From assembly GCA_964588875.1 (NCBI GenBank), contig CAZPRE010000001.1, positions 1 through 46,131 of the forward strand: DNA of 46,131 nt, written 5' to 3'. This DNA comes from an uncultured Sulfurimonas sp. (GTDB lineage: Bacteria > Campylobacterota > Campylobacteria > Campylobacterales > Sulfurimonadaceae). Shown here piece by piece: positions 35,100 to 45,248 of the stretch. Below the pieces are notes generated by a model, which was not told the origin of the DNA, searched no databases, and saw nothing but the letters and a program-made list of their open reading frames with translations. Every line of letters starts with the position of its first letter. The stretch's first letter is position 1. A program made the position numbers and the translations under genes.

Positions 35100-35981
35100 A
35101 TCATATTAAGTAAACATACCCTCCTAGAACAATTTCGCGAATTTTATAAAGAACATAATCCTAAAAACTTTGAAGAGGCGATTGAAAAATTTGCCGTCTT
35201 TGGTGGCGTTGGTTGGGGCGGTATGGATACATCAAAACCTAACTTAGAACTTATAGAGTCTCTCGTTCTTCCTGGCTTTAGATTCATCCGTAACGATGTT
35301 ACTGAAGTAACAACAGGTATGCCACTATACCACTCTATTCTAAGTGGTATAGCTATGGGTGATGGAAAAACATCTACTACTTTTAAACGTGCAAACACTT
35401 CGCAAGAAGTCGGCCTAAATGCCATAAGTGAACTTTGCGACACAGGTGTTATAAAACTTCAAAAAGGAAGTAAGCACTTTACTACTTGGGCAGAAAATGA
35501 ATCTGTTTCAAACAAACTCTTTTTCACTTCACCTTTTTTAAGATTTTGGTTTGCATTTGTTTCACCAATTTTTAAAGGTATTCGCGATGGTGATTATAAA
35601 GAGCTTCGTGAAAGATTTGTAAATCGTGAGAGTGAATTTATTCAACTTCCATTTGTAGAGCTTTCGCACGAGCTCTTAAAACTCTCATTTAAAGATGATA
35701 AAATAGTTGAAATAGGAACTTACTGGGATAATAAAATAGACCTCGATATCTATGCAAAAACTGCATCTGGAAAGATTGTTGTAGGCTCTTGTAAATATAC
35801 AAACTCTAAGGTCAAAAAAAGCGAACTTACAAGACTTCAAGCAGCTTGTAAAGAGTCAAATATCGAAGCAGATATCTTTGTACTTGTATCAAAAAGCGGT
35901 TACACTAACGAGCTTAAGTCACTCAAGGGTGAAAACCTTAAACTTTACACTCTTAAAAACTTCAAAACGCTAGTAGAATAA
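35100..35981 (+). CDS. DUF234-domain protein (archaeal-ATPase-like C-terminus, PD-(D/E)xK fold); start uncertain, possibly non-AUG
   Basis: PFLRFWF.FV.P, G.YWD...D.D, G.CKY motifs. The frame is open and protein-like back to the stop at 35082 (LLEQFREFY...AIEKFAVFGG); the first in-frame ATG is 35223. Confidence 0.8.
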   Translation: MILSKHTLLEQFREFYKEHNPKNFEEAIEKFAVFGGVGWGGMDTSKPNLELIESLVLPGFRFIRNDVTEVTTGMPLYHSILSGIAMGDGKTSTTFKRANTSQEVGLNAISELCDTGVIKLQKGSKHFTTWAENESVSNKLFFTSPFLRFWFAFVSPIFKGIRDGDYKELRERFVNRESEFIQLPFVELSHELLKLSFKDDKIVEIGTYWDNKIDLDIYAKTASGKIVVGSCKYTNSKVKKSELTRLQAACKESNIEADIFVLVSKSGYTNELKSLKGENLKLYTLKNFKTLVE

Positions 35982-37292
35982 CTAGCGTTTATCCCAACCG
36001 ACCATTCCCCAACTTTCTAAATCTTTTTGAAGAGTATCTAAGCCTCTTTCCTTATGACAAGCATAACATGCATTTGTCTCTTTTGGCATTTTGTAAGCAA
36101 TAGTCTCTTTAGGAGTTACAAAACCAAAAGAGTGCGTTCTTACCGTAATAGGAGATTTACCTGTATGCTTACCAACTTTAGGCATATGACACTCAACACA
36201 AAGTGAACCTTTTGAGTCTGCCTTATGCTTAGTATGTTTTTCTAACGAACTCTGATGTGGACCTATTGGTGAGCCAAAAGTATGGCATTTCATACAGAGG
36301 TCATTTCCAGTATTTTTTTCAGCTGTTGGTTCTAATGTATGTGGGTTATGACAGTTTATACAGGTAACTCCATGTTTTGCCTTCATAGAGTGAACAAACT
36401 CATTTCCCTGCATACGATTTTTCTTACCCATCCCATTTGCATAAAACTCTTTCGTCTCTTGACCTAAAATAAATGGAGCTACCATTTTATACTCACTTAG
36501 AGGTTTTCCAGCCTCATAACCCAATGGATAATCTCTTGCATCCCCATAAATAGCACTCATATTTTGATCTTCTAAACGTTTATCACGATTTCGCATATGA
36601 CACTGAAGGCAGATCTCATTTTGACGAATAGGATCACTCAGTGAAGCGAGGTAGAGCTTTGATTCTGGATTTTGTACATGGTTTGAAGCTGGTCCATGAC
36701 AAGACTCACAAGCGATACCAACATCAACTCGTTTCTGTGTTGACATATATCCACTAAAGTGACAACCATCACAAACTCTTGAGGTTGGTAACTGCGCATT
36801 ATCATGTGGATATGCATCTTTATACCAATATTTCCAAGGTTTAAAGCCCTGCCATTTTTGTGTTTGAACATTCCATTGGTAGTTTCCTAAGACATAATCT
36901 TCACTACCATTGATATCTTTTCTCATCATAAAGCGCTGTTTAAACTTTCCGCCAACAGTATAGACTGCATCTTTAAGAACAAAGTTAGCATCACTAGGAA
37001 GTTTTGAGAAATCAGCCACCATAGTCTCAGGGTTTGTATGTGGGTCTTGTATCATATGAGGATGGCGAGAATGACTCCATGCCTTATGGTTATCTTCGTG
37101 GCACTCTTTACACTTTGAAGCACCAACAAAATGAGCTTTTTCTTGTCCTTTTTCTTGAAGGTTTACCTCTGTACCAACCCTCTCCTGTGCAAGCTGTTTA
37201 TAAAAAGGTAGAATCTTATAACTCTTATCATAAGCTATATATCCACCAACTACGAAAACCGCTACAACTATATATACTAAAACTTTTTTCAT
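35982..37292 (-). CDS. Membrane-anchored octaheme c-type cytochrome
   Basis: Eight CxxCH (CKECH, CDGCH, CESCH, CLQCH, CINCH, CMKCH, CVECH, CYACH); N-terminal hydrophobic anchor. Start moved to MKKVLV. Confidence 0.88.
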   Translation of the reverse strand: MKKVLVYIVVAVFVVGGYIAYDKSYKILPFYKQLAQERVGTEVNLQEKGQEKAHFVGASKCKECHEDNHKAWSHSRHPHMIQDPHTNPETMVADFSKLPSDANFVLKDAVYTVGGKFKQRFMMRKDINGSEDYVLGNYQWNVQTQKWQGFKPWKYWYKDAYPHDNAQLPTSRVCDGCHFSGYMSTQKRVDVGIACESCHGPASNHVQNPESKLYLASLSDPIRQNEICLQCHMRNRDKRLEDQNMSAIYGDARDYPLGYEAGKPLSEYKMVAPFILGQETKEFYANGMGKKNRMQGNEFVHSMKAKHGVTCINCHNPHTLEPTAEKNTGNDLCMKCHTFGSPIGPHQSSLEKHTKHKADSKGSLCVECHMPKVGKHTGKSPITVRTHSFGFVTPKETIAYKMPKETNACYACHKERGLDTLQKDLESWGMVGWDKR

Positions 37293-37392
37293 ATTACTTC
37301 TTCTTATTTTATTTAAACACAAAATTTCTTCTGAATTTCTCTTATTGTAACTAGAATTATACTATACTCTACATAAAAAAATAGAGCAAAAA

Positions 37393-37944
37393 ATGAGCAA
37401 AAAAGTTTTACTTTTACATGGCTGGGGTGGAAGTGATTCTCCCCATTGGCAGAGTTGGTTAGCAGGTGAAATTGCTAAAGATTATGGAAAAGTGAGCTTT
37501 TTGAAGTTTAGCGATTTTGATACTCCTAAAATAGATGTTTGGAAAGAAGAGTTACTTGAGGAGTTGGCTAAATTTAAACCAGACATTGTAATCTGTCACT
37601 CTCTTGCAAACATCCTCTGGTTTCATCTATGTAACGATAAAGCTATTAAGAGTGAGGTAGCAAAACTATTTCTTGTAGCCCCTCCGAGTATAAACTCAGA
37701 TATAGAAGAGTTAAAAAGTTTTTTTCCTCTTCAAACACCATCAAATTTATATGCAAAAAAGGCTCTACTAATCGCCTCAACAAATGATCCATATATGACT
37801 ACCGATGAAGCAATAAAGCTAAAAGAGTCCCTGCATATAGAGATGATAATACTTCAAAATGCTGGACATATAAATGCGGACAGCGGTTATGGAAAGTGGG
37901 AGTGGATATTTAAAGAGTTAAAAAAAGATCTAAAATATTTTTAG
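37393..37944 (+). CDS. RBBP9/YdeN family alpha/beta hydrolase
   Basis: LHGWGGS..PHWQ.WL, HSL, LVAPP, S.NDPY, AGHIN..SGYG.W. Confidence 0.9.
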   Translation: MSKKVLLLHGWGGSDSPHWQSWLAGEIAKDYGKVSFLKFSDFDTPKIDVWKEELLEELAKFKPDIVICHSLANILWFHLCNDKAIKSEVAKLFLVAPPSINSDIEELKSFFPLQTPSNLYAKKALLIASTNDPYMTTDEAIKLKESLHIEMIILQNAGHINADSGYGKWEWIFKELKKDLKYF

Positions 37945-38071
37945 ACTCTACACTAGGAGCTAGATCACTCGTTTGATGAGAACTTGTGTCAAGTGACTCA
38001 TAAATTTATATTTAATAACTTTGTGATAAAATATAGAAAATAAATAGAAAATAATAAGTATAAGGACAACC

Positions 38072-39268
38072 ATGAAAAGAAGAGATTTTCTAAAAGCTTC
38101 TGTCGTCGCTTCTGCGGCTTTAGCTGGTACTTCTGTATCTGCTGGTGTAACAACTCAACCAAAAGATGCTCAAAAAGTTTCCAAAATTGCATTTCCAGAA
38201 AAAAGACCATTGATTACTTACTCTGATAGACCACCTCTTCTTGAGACACCAAGAGAGAGTTTCTCAAAAGCGATAACTCCAAATGATGAGTTTTTCGTTA
38301 GATGGCACATGCCAGATATTCCAACACATATTGACCTAGAGAAGTTTAAAATCGTAATTGACGGTTTAGTTGAGAGAGAATTATCTATCTCTATAGCTGA
38401 GCTCAAAAGTGATTATGAGCAAGTTGAAGTAACTGCTGTTCTTCAGTGTGGTGGTAATTCACGTTCTGCATTTAAACCTATCGCTGGTGGTATCCAGTGG
38501 GGAAGTGGAGCTATGGGTTGTGCTAAATGGAAAGGTGTTCGTTTAAGTGACCTTCTATCTCGTGCTGGAATGAAAAAAGATGCTAAGTGGATAGGCTTTA
38601 ACGGTAGTGAAACGGCAGCTTATTATGAGACTCCAAACTTTGTTAGAGAGATGGAATTAACTGATCTTGATGATCACGTTATTGTAGCTTATGAGATGAA
38701 TGGTGAAGATTTACCATACCTAAATGGTTATCCAGTTCGTCTTATTATCCCTGGTCACTACTCTGATAGTTGGATTAAAATGCTAAGCAAGATTACTGTT
38801 GGGGAGAAGTATCGTTCTCTTTTCTTTATGGATGTTGCTTACCGTATTCCAGATAATGAGTGTGAGTGTGAAACACCGCAAGATAGATTTAAACAAACAA
38901 AACCTATTACTCTTATGAATGTTAAGTCGGTTATAGGTTATCCAACAAACTCTACTAAAGTTTATCACAACTCCCATGTAGTTGTTCGTGGTGTGGCATT
39001 TGATGATGGTCATGGAATTAAAGATGTTTTTGTATCTATAGATGGTGGAAAAACTTGGGAAAAATCAATCTTAGAAAAAGATGTTGATAGATATGCGTTT
39101 GTTGCTTACAGATACACTTTTAAACCAGAGACTTATGGAAAAGTTACAATCATGGCAAAAGCAGTAAATCGTTTAGGCGATGAACAACCATTTGCCAAAG
39201 ACATCCAATGGAATCACGGTGGATACAAATATAATGGAATCGATACAGTTACTATCGATGTGGTGTAA
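38072..39268 (+). CDS. sorA: Sulfite:cytochrome c oxidoreductase molybdoprotein subunit (sulfite oxidase family)
   Basis: Tat signal KRRDFLK; RPPLLETP, FFVRWH, LQCGGN (Mo-ligand Cys), AYEMNGE.LP.LNGYP.RL, WN.GGY. Confidence 0.88.
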   Translation: MKRRDFLKASVVASAALAGTSVSAGVTTQPKDAQKVSKIAFPEKRPLITYSDRPPLLETPRESFSKAITPNDEFFVRWHMPDIPTHIDLEKFKIVIDGLVERELSISIAELKSDYEQVEVTAVLQCGGNSRSAFKPIAGGIQWGSGAMGCAKWKGVRLSDLLSRAGMKKDAKWIGFNGSETAAYYETPNFVREMELTDLDDHVIVAYEMNGEDLPYLNGYPVRLIIPGHYSDSWIKMLSKITVGEKYRSLFFMDVAYRIPDNECECETPQDRFKQTKPITLMNVKSVIGYPTNSTKVYHNSHVVVRGVAFDDGHGIKDVFVSIDGGKTWEKSILEKDVDRYAFVAYRYTFKPETYGKVTIMAKAVNRLGDEQPFAKDIQWNHGGYKYNGIDTVTIDVV

Positions 39269-39274
39269 GGAGCT

Positions 39275-39589
39275 ATGTTAATGAAAAAAATAATATTACT
39301 ATGTCTACTCACGTTCGCAAGCCTTCAAGCTCAAATAAAAGAAGATGTTCAAGTTCCTTATATCTCTTATGAGATTAAAATGGGTCAAGGCTTTGATGCT
39401 ATTCAGGCTAACTGTTTAATGTGTCACTCATTTGGTTATATAATCAACCAAGGAGCTCAATCTAAAGAGTTCTGGCATAAAAAAGTTGTGAAAATGATTA
39501 CTCACTTCAAAGCACCTATTGATGAACAAGCAGTTAAAGATACGACTAACTATCTTTTTGAGCATTATGGGAATGGTAAGTTAAAATAA
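39275..39589 (+). CDS. sorB: Monoheme cytochrome c partner of SorA
   Basis: Signal peptide; NCLMCHS..YI, W...V.KM...FKAPI. Directly downstream of sorA. Confidence 0.85.
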   Translation: MLMKKIILLCLLTFASLQAQIKEDVQVPYISYEIKMGQGFDAIQANCLMCHSFGYIINQGAQSKEFWHKKVVKMITHFKAPIDEQAVKDTTNYLFEHYGNGKLK

Positions 39590-39727
39590 GGGGTATCTAA
39601 AGGGTATCCCATCTTCTGTAAACATATTTTTTGAAGATAATTTCTTGTAGGTTTTTTACAGCTCATTATTTCCTCTTGCTTATATACGATATAATACTGC
39701 TACTAATAAACATCAAAAAAGAGTCTC

Positions 39728-41557
39728 ATGATACAACTTACAAACATCATAAAAAATTTCGCTTCCCAAGAGCTATTTAACAATCTCAATCTTAAACTAA
39801 ATGCAGGCAACCGTGCAGGTTTAGTGGGTAGAAATGGTAGTGGAAAATCTACTCTTTTTAAGATTATTTTAGGTGAAGAGTCTACTGATGGTGGGGATGT
39901 AATCATCCCTAAAAACTATAAGATTGGAACGCTCAAACAGCACCTTACCTTTTCGGAGTCAACTCTTAGAGAAGAGGCTGCCTTAGCTTTAGAAGATGAG
40001 ATGAAGTATGATGTTTACAGAGTAGAAAAAATCCTTTTTGGTCTTGGTTTTTCACAAGAAGATTTAGACAAAGATCCTCTCTCATTTTCTGGTGGATTTC
40101 AGATTCGCATTAACTTAGCCAAACTACTTGTGACTGAACCAAATCTTCTTCTACTCGATGAACCAACCAACTACCTTGATATTGTCTCTCTTCGTTGGTT
40201 AAAAAACTTTTTACGAGCATTTGAAGGTGAAGTGATTCTTATCACCCACAACCGTGACTTTATGGATAGTGTCTGTACTCACACTATGGGTCTTGTACGT
40301 AAAAACATAGAGATGATTGCGGGCGACACTCATAAGTTTTATGAACAACTCTCTTCTAATGATGAACTTTATGGCAAACAAAAAGTAGCACAAGACAAAA
40401 AGGTAAAAGAGCTTGAAGAATTTATAGCTAGAAACAAGGCAAGAGCTTCAACTGCAGCCCTTGCACAATCTAAAGTAAAACAGTTAGAAAAAATGGACTT
40501 GATGGACTCGCTAGCACTTGATAATGCCTTGGACTTTAACTTCAACTTCAAAGAGACAACCTCAAAAGTAATACTTGAAGTTGAGAACCTTAGCTTTGGA
40601 TACACTCCTGAAAACTTACTCTTTAAAGATATGTCTTTTAACATCAAACGCGGTGAATGCATAGGAATAATTGGTAAAAACGGTAAGGGTAAATCAACGC
40701 TTCTAAACACTCTAGCCCACGAGCTAAAAGCACTCAGTGGAGAAATCCACTCACATCCATCCGTAGAGTTTGCACACTTTGGCCAAACAAACATAGCAAG
40801 ACTTCACGAGAAGTCAACTGTAACAGATGAGATTCACTCTGCAAATACGAAGCTATCAACACAGGTCATAAGAAGTATCTGTGGTGCGATGATGTTTAGT
40901 GGAGATGCAGCTGATAAAAAAGTATCTCTTCTCTCTGGTGGAGAAAAATCTCGTGTTATGCTTGGTCAAATTTTAGCAAGACAAGTAAATCTTCTTTTTC
41001 TTGATGAGCCTACAAACCACCTTGATATGGACTCGATAGAGGCACTAACAAATGCCATACAAATGTTTGAGGGTAGTGTTATAATCGTTACTCACTCCGA
41101 AGAGTTACTTCGAAGAGTTTGCGATAGACTTATCATTTTTGCTAAAGATGGGGCTGAGTATTTCGATGGTGGCTACGATCTATTTTTAGAGAAAATTGGT
41201 TGGGAAGATGAAGAGAAAGAAGAGAGACTCAAAGTCGCTCCAAAATCAAACAACAAAGAGAACAAAAAACTCAAAGCAGAGTTAGTTCGTGAGCGAAATA
41301 AAATAACTTCACCTCTAAAGAAAAAAGTTGATAAACTTGAAAACAGTATTATGAAGCTTGAAGCATCTCTTGAGGTTCACCATCAAGAACTTATAGAGGC
41401 TTCAAATGCCGGAGATAGTGCTTCACTTATGGAACTCTCTAAAACTGTGTCAGATCAAGAGAAAAAAGTTGAAGAAGCATTCGGGGAGTTTGAAGAACTC
41501 TCAACCCAACTTGAAGAAATAAACGAAGATTATGAGACAAAAATAGGAGAGTTATAA
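39728..41557 (+). CDS. ABC-F family ATP-binding protein (YheS/Uup-like, C-terminal coiled coil)
   Basis: GRNGSGKST/FSGG/DEPTNYLD and GKNGKGKST/LSGGEK/DEPTNHLD. Confidence 0.92.
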   Translation: MIQLTNIIKNFASQELFNNLNLKLNAGNRAGLVGRNGSGKSTLFKIILGEESTDGGDVIIPKNYKIGTLKQHLTFSESTLREEAALALEDEMKYDVYRVEKILFGLGFSQEDLDKDPLSFSGGFQIRINLAKLLVTEPNLLLLDEPTNYLDIVSLRWLKNFLRAFEGEVILITHNRDFMDSVCTHTMGLVRKNIEMIAGDTHKFYEQLSSNDELYGKQKVAQDKKVKELEEFIARNKARASTAALAQSKVKQLEKMDLMDSLALDNALDFNFNFKETTSKVILEVENLSFGYTPENLLFKDMSFNIKRGECIGIIGKNGKGKSTLLNTLAHELKALSGEIHSHPSVEFAHFGQTNIARLHEKSTVTDEIHSANTKLSTQVIRSICGAMMFSGDAADKKVSLLSGGEKSRVMLGQILARQVNLLFLDEPTNHLDMDSIEALTNAIQMFEGSVIIVTHSEELLRRVCDRLIIFAKDGAEYFDGGYDLFLEKIGWEDEEKEERLKVAPKSNNKENKKLKAELVRERNKITSPLKKKVDKLENSIMKLEASLEVHHQELIEASNAGDSASLMELSKTVSDQEKKVEEAFGEFEELSTQLEEINEDYETKIGEL

Positions 41558-42018
41558 TGAATAAAGAGTTATATTTTTTACGCTCAAGTGAGCAGAAGAT
41601 AGTTAAAGATATGTTTAAATTAGCACATCCAACCGGCAGTGATGAGTTGCTAAAATATACAGAGTATTATGGACTAACAACAAAAGATTTAGGACTTTAT
41701 GCTCTTGTAGACAATGAAATAGCGGGAGCAATTTGGAGTAGAGTATTAAATCCAGGTGAGCCACCGCGTTTGAGTCTTGCAGTAGTTGCTAAGTTTAAAA
41801 AAACGGGTATAGGTTCATTTATGATGGATCAATTTTTACAAGAGGCTGCAGCTTTATATGAAGAGATTTGTATAGATATCTCTCATAAACCAAAGGCGAT
41901 AAAGTTTTATGAAAAATATGGTTTTGAAAACAATAACTTACTTCTAAGTAAAAAATTAGAAAAGAAAGAAGTGTCTCGTCCTAGTGACGGTTACGACCCT
42001 AACAGGTGGATGGATTAA
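41557..42018 (+). CDS. GNAT family N-acetyltransferase
   Basis: GAIW.R, LAV...FKKTGIGS, A.KFYEKYGF. Confidence 0.8.
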   Translation: MNKELYFLRSSEQKIVKDMFKLAHPTGSDELLKYTEYYGLTTKDLGLYALVDNEIAGAIWSRVLNPGEPPRLSLAVVAKFKKTGIGSFMMDQFLQEAAALYEEICIDISHKPKAIKFYEKYGFENNNLLLSKKLEKKEVSRPSDGYDPNRWMD

Positions 42019-42046
42019 ATAAACTATGACTTGCTAGAGTGAAAGA

Positions 42047-42060
42047 TTGACATATATCAA
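42047..42060. promoter_or_regulatory. Crp/Fnr-family box upstream of the pentaheme cytochrome
   Basis: TTGAC-ATAT-ATCAA, 21 nt before -10-like TAAAAT (42082-42087). Confidence 0.6.
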
Positions 42061-42119
42061 ACCTATTTAAATATTTTTAGATAAAATATCAACTTATAAT
42101 AATTAAAAGGATTCTTTAT

Positions 42120-43223
42120 ATGAAAACCCTACTCTACATCTTAGCCCTCAGTAGTATTCTCTTTGCAAATCAAGCGGATACTGCCTCTTGTAACAAATGC
42201 CATCCTACAATTACACAAGAGTTCCAAAGTTCTATGCATAAAAAATCCTCCATCTATGAAGATAAAGTTCATGCTGCTGTATGGGACAAACACCCAGAAA
42301 AAGCAAAAGGCAACTATAACTGTGCAGAGTGTCATACACCAAATGTGACTTCAGAAGAAGCTGCTCATGAGGGTATTACATGTATCTCTTGTCACACTAT
42401 AAAAAGTGTCACAAAACATGCTGCAAGAAACAAAAATGTTTACGCTAAAGATAAACATACACTATACTCAGCAGAAGCAAGTAGAGAAACAGAAATAGTA
42501 AAATACAAAACAACTACAACTTGGTGGGGAAACAAAACAACTACCGGTTCAGCATATCACGATATAGACTACACAAACAAAGACTACTACACAGGTGAAA
42601 TGTGTATGGGTTGTCACTCTCATAAGCAAAACACACATCAGTTTGATGTATGTAGAACTGAAGATGCTGGTGCAAAAAATGTTAAAAAGAACTGTATCAC
42701 TTGTCATATGCCAAAGATTCCAGGAACTGCTACAACAGTAAGACTGAGTGATACACATGCTTACCACGGTTTTGCAGGGGCAAGAGTAGAACCAAGAATG
42801 TTGGCAAAACATGTTGGTCTCTCACTAGAAAATAAAGATACTAATTTTAATATAATTCTTGATAACCAAGCTCCACATGACCTTATGAGTCACCCTCTAA
42901 GAGTAGTGCAACTTAGAGCTACACTTGTAAGAGCTAATACACATATAGCACTTAAGACTCACTCATTTGTAAAAACTATCGGTCATCAAGGCAAACCTAC
43001 TATGCCATGGTTAGCTACTGAGGTTGTTAAAAATAGTATGATTAAAGCTGATGAAAAACGCAGTGTAGCATTTGAGAGAGAGCTTCAAAGTGGAGATAGA
43101 GTTGAAGTAGTTCTAGGTTTTTATGTTGTGAATCCAAAAGTTCTTAAAAAACTCAATCTTGATGGCGATAAAGAATTAAGCAAGTTTACAGTTCTAAAGA
43201 GTCAAAACTTTACTATAGAGTAG
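42120..43223 (+). CDS. Periplasmic pentaheme c-type cytochrome
   Basis: Signal peptide; five CxxCH (CNKCH, CAECH, CISCH, CMGCH, CITCH); heme-free beta-rich C-terminus. Confidence 0.88.
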   Translation: MKTLLYILALSSILFANQADTASCNKCHPTITQEFQSSMHKKSSIYEDKVHAAVWDKHPEKAKGNYNCAECHTPNVTSEEAAHEGITCISCHTIKSVTKHAARNKNVYAKDKHTLYSAEASRETEIVKYKTTTTWWGNKTTTGSAYHDIDYTNKDYYTGEMCMGCHSHKQNTHQFDVCRTEDAGAKNVKKNCITCHMPKIPGTATTVRLSDTHAYHGFAGARVEPRMLAKHVGLSLENKDTNFNIILDNQAPHDLMSHPLRVVQLRATLVRANTHIALKTHSFVKTIGHQGKPTMPWLATEVVKNSMIKADEKRSVAFERELQSGDRVEVVLGFYVVNPKVLKKLNLDGDKELSKFTVLKSQNFTIE

Positions 43224-43226
43224 AAA

Positions 43227-43730
43227 CTACAACCACTCTTCAAGCTTTCCTTGCATATCTACATGTGTAAGGTAAAGTCTTAAATCAAACTCTACTTGAT
43301 GATAAGAAGGCTGCATATATTCACAAAGTTTGTAAAAAGCTTTGTTATGCTCTTTTTCTTTAAAATGGGCTAATTCATGCACCACTATCATTTCTAAAAA
43401 CTCTTCTGGAACACTCTTAAACATTGAAGCGATTCTAATCTCATTTTTTGCTTTTAACTTACTTCCTTGAACTCTAGAGATAAAATGATGTGTACCAAGT
43501 GCATTATGAATAACATTTATCTTGCCATCATATATAGTTTTACTCAGCGGCGGTGACTTTCTGAGATATTCATTTTTAATATCCATCGCATAGGAAAAAA
43601 GAGCTTTATCATTTTTCTTTGTATGAGATTTAGGGTATTTTTTTAGTAAATGTGATGAGAGTTTATCCGCGTTTATAAGTTTTTGCACCTGTTCTACCAC
43701 TGAGGGTGGATAGTGATTTAGATACTTCAT
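43227..43730 (-). CDS. YgjP-like metal-dependent hydrolase (HExxH)
   Basis: SRVQG.KLKAK.EIR.AS.FK..P..FL.MIVVHELAH.KEK.H.KAFY.LC. Confidence 0.85.
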   Translation of the reverse strand: MKYLNHYPPSVVEQVQKLINADKLSSHLLKKYPKSHTKKNDKALFSYAMDIKNEYLRKSPPLSKTIYDGKINVIHNALGTHHFISRVQGSKLKAKNEIRIASMFKSVPEEFLEMIVVHELAHFKEKEHNKAFYKLCEYMQPSYHQVEFDLRLYLTHVDMQGKLEEWL

Positions 43731-43785
43731 TACAGGGCCTCCACTCTATTTCTACCATTTACTTTGGCTATTATCTCGCTAAATC

Positions 43786-45153
43786 CTATAAAATCCAGGC
43801 AGAGAACTTTTTAGACTTAATCTTACCCTGTGAGATGCTCTTTTGTGCTTCATCTATAAATCTTCTTTGTATCGCCACATAAGCCTGTCTATCATAGATA
43901 TCTATCTTGCCTATATCACTCCCTTTAAGACCAGCATCACCGGTTAGCGCACCCAAAATATCACCAGCTCTGAGTTTGTCTTTTTTACCACCCTCTATGA
44001 CAAGTGTTACATAGTCTGGTTTCATTTCAAAACCATTTTGTGCTTTTAAATCAGCTGCATTTTCAAAAAGTCGTATACCATTTTTATACTCTTCTACCTT
44101 CTCATCTTCATAATGTGTATAAAGAGTAAACGCCATACCCTCAGCTCCCGCACGACCTGTTCGTCCTATTCGGTGAGTATATGTCTCACTAGAATGAGGA
44201 AGGTCATAGTTTACAACCATTGCAAGCTCTTTTATATCAAGTCCACGTGCCGCTACATCTGTTGCCACTAAAACTCTTGCAGACTTATTTGAAAACTGAA
44301 CTAAGACATCATTTCTATCATACTGCTCCATATCTCCATGAAGGGCAAGTGCATCTATTTTCATCTTTTGAAGTGTTTGTGCCACCTCATCACACTCCAC
44401 CTTTGTGTTACAAAATACAATGGCATTTGATGGGTTAAAGCTACTAAAAATATTTACCATAATTTGAAGTTTATTATTCTCTACTTCGTAAAAGTGCTCT
44501 GTAATCTTGTTTGTAGATTCAACTGCTGTAGTTTTGACATTAATAGCATCGTTTTGAAGCTTCTTACTCATACTCATAATCTCATTAGGATAGGTAGCTG
44601 AGAAAAGTAGTGTTTGTCTCTCTTTAGGAGCATAAGCTATTACCTTTTCTATCTCCTCAATAAAGCCCATATCTAACATTCTATCTGCTTCATCAAGAAC
44701 TAAAGTGTCCATATTATCAAGATTTAAAGTCTCTTTATCAAGGTGCTTTAAAATTCGTCCTGGAGTTCCGACAATGATATGCGCGCCATGACGAAGAGAA
44801 CCTAGTTGTGGGCCAAACGCGGCTCCACCTACAAGAGTAAGAATTTTTATATTGTGTGCAAATTTAGCTATCACTCTTAACTCTTTTGCAACCTGATCAG
44901 CTAACTCACGAGTAGGACAGAGTATAAGTGTCTGAACACGGAACTTCTTAACCTGAAGTTTACAGAGCAGACCTATACCAAACGCGGCAGTCTTTCCACT
45001 CCCTGTTTTTGCCTGTGCAATAACATCTTTACCTTCAAGAATAAGAGGAAGTGCCTCTGCTTGAATAGGTGTCATCTGTGTATAGCCTATCTTATCTAGA
45101 TTTTGTAACATCTCCGGTGAGAGATTAAGGGATGTGAAGTTTGTTTGATTCAT
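43786..45153 (-). CDS. dbpA: ATP-dependent RNA helicase DbpA
   Basis: AKTGSGKT, PTRELA, DEAD, SAT, HRIGRTGRAG, and the C-terminal GGKKDKLRAGDILGAL RNA-binding domain. Confidence 0.95.
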   Translation of the reverse strand: MNQTNFTSLNLSPEMLQNLDKIGYTQMTPIQAEALPLILEGKDVIAQAKTGSGKTAAFGIGLLCKLQVKKFRVQTLILCPTRELADQVAKELRVIAKFAHNIKILTLVGGAAFGPQLGSLRHGAHIIVGTPGRILKHLDKETLNLDNMDTLVLDEADRMLDMGFIEEIEKVIAYAPKERQTLLFSATYPNEIMSMSKKLQNDAINVKTTAVESTNKITEHFYEVENNKLQIMVNIFSSFNPSNAIVFCNTKVECDEVAQTLQKMKIDALALHGDMEQYDRNDVLVQFSNKSARVLVATDVAARGLDIKELAMVVNYDLPHSSETYTHRIGRTGRAGAEGMAFTLYTHYEDEKVEEYKNGIRLFENAADLKAQNGFEMKPDYVTLVIEGGKKDKLRAGDILGALTGDAGLKGSDIGKIDIYDRQAYVAIQRRFIDEAQKSISQGKIKSKKFSAWIL

Positions 45154-45248
45154 TTATATATTTCCTATTTTATATGTTTTCTATTTGAGAGACTGCACTA
45201 TTCTCTAAGTCTATAGGCTCTTTTGCTATGTCTAGCAGTTTTAGATCT

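Noticed and set aside
39597-39666. Minus-strand GAGGA+ATG mini-ORF (MSCKKPT...) between sorB and the ABC-F gene
   Set aside because: Too short and unrecognisable. It may be another gene remnant, but I cannot support that.
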